The position numbers and the translations under genes were made by a program. A DNA stretch of 64,000 nucleotides from Macrostomum lignano (Eukaryota), in contig NIVC01003838.1 in the NCBI GenBank assembly GCA_002269645.1, forward strand, positions 10,444 through 74,443, given 5' to 3'. The notes beneath the pieces are model-generated. The model did no database searches. It was not told where the DNA came from and worked only from the letters and a program-made list of their open reading frames with translations. Shown here in pieces: positions 63,536 to 64,000 of this stretch (within the stretch, counting starts at the first letter, position 1; every line of letters starts with the position of its first letter).

Positions 63536-64000
63536 TTGGTAGTTAGTATTAAGCTATATAGTTAGGTTGAAGCTACCAAAAAATGAAGCTCAAATTTGAA
63601 ATCAGCATTATCAAAAACCTTTCTAGAGACAGAATTATGATCCTGTCAAAATTGTAACTTATTAATCAACATAAACTTGAAGAAGTCCCAAGTACCATAT
63701 ATGGCTTAAGGATATGAGGATCAATTATCTGCTTGTAGTCTTGTACTGCTAAGCTGTTCAACCAAATACTGCTCTTGTGGCTATAGCCTATGCTAGATCC
63801 ATATTTGAAGCCTAATCAGAATATCTAGATTCTGGCCCATTGTGGCATAGTGGTGCATATCAATTATCATATCATATCCTTAGAAACAGCGGAGCCTACT
63901 ATTTTAGGGGGGGGGGGAGGCACCAAGCACAGGACAAGGCAAGGGGGCACATGTACCTTTTATAAGCTATTAATTAGGGCCTAAAACTCAGAAAAAGCAC

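Overview
Eukaryotic (animal) genomic DNA, not prokaryotic. GC-rich GT-AG exons are separated by introns filled with many different minisatellites. This style, plus the Mab-21 gene, suggests a free-living flatworm such as Macrostomum (inference only, no database search). I reconstructed seven spliced genes by hand, checking reading frame at every junction. On the + strand: a 2-exon cGAS-like receptor (Mab-21 nucleotidyltransferase, 600 aa). On the - strand, six co-oriented genes: an unidentified ~1154-aa low-complexity protein; a secreted Ig-like/lectin-like/ALK-LTK glycine-rich-domain protein (820 aa) with no TM or kinase; a PDZ-DH-PH RhoGEF-like protein (711 aa); adenylate kinase 1 (198 aa); an EPS8-like PTB-SH3 protein with a 1-nt frameshift; and a MARVEL protein (215 aa). 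Also present: a tRNA-derived SINE, a decayed Penelope-like retroelement, three MITE-like elements and about 40 tandem arrays, several of which reiterate the adjacent splice site. Most long ORFs in the supplied track are repeat artefacts. No CRISPR, rRNA or intact tRNA was found.
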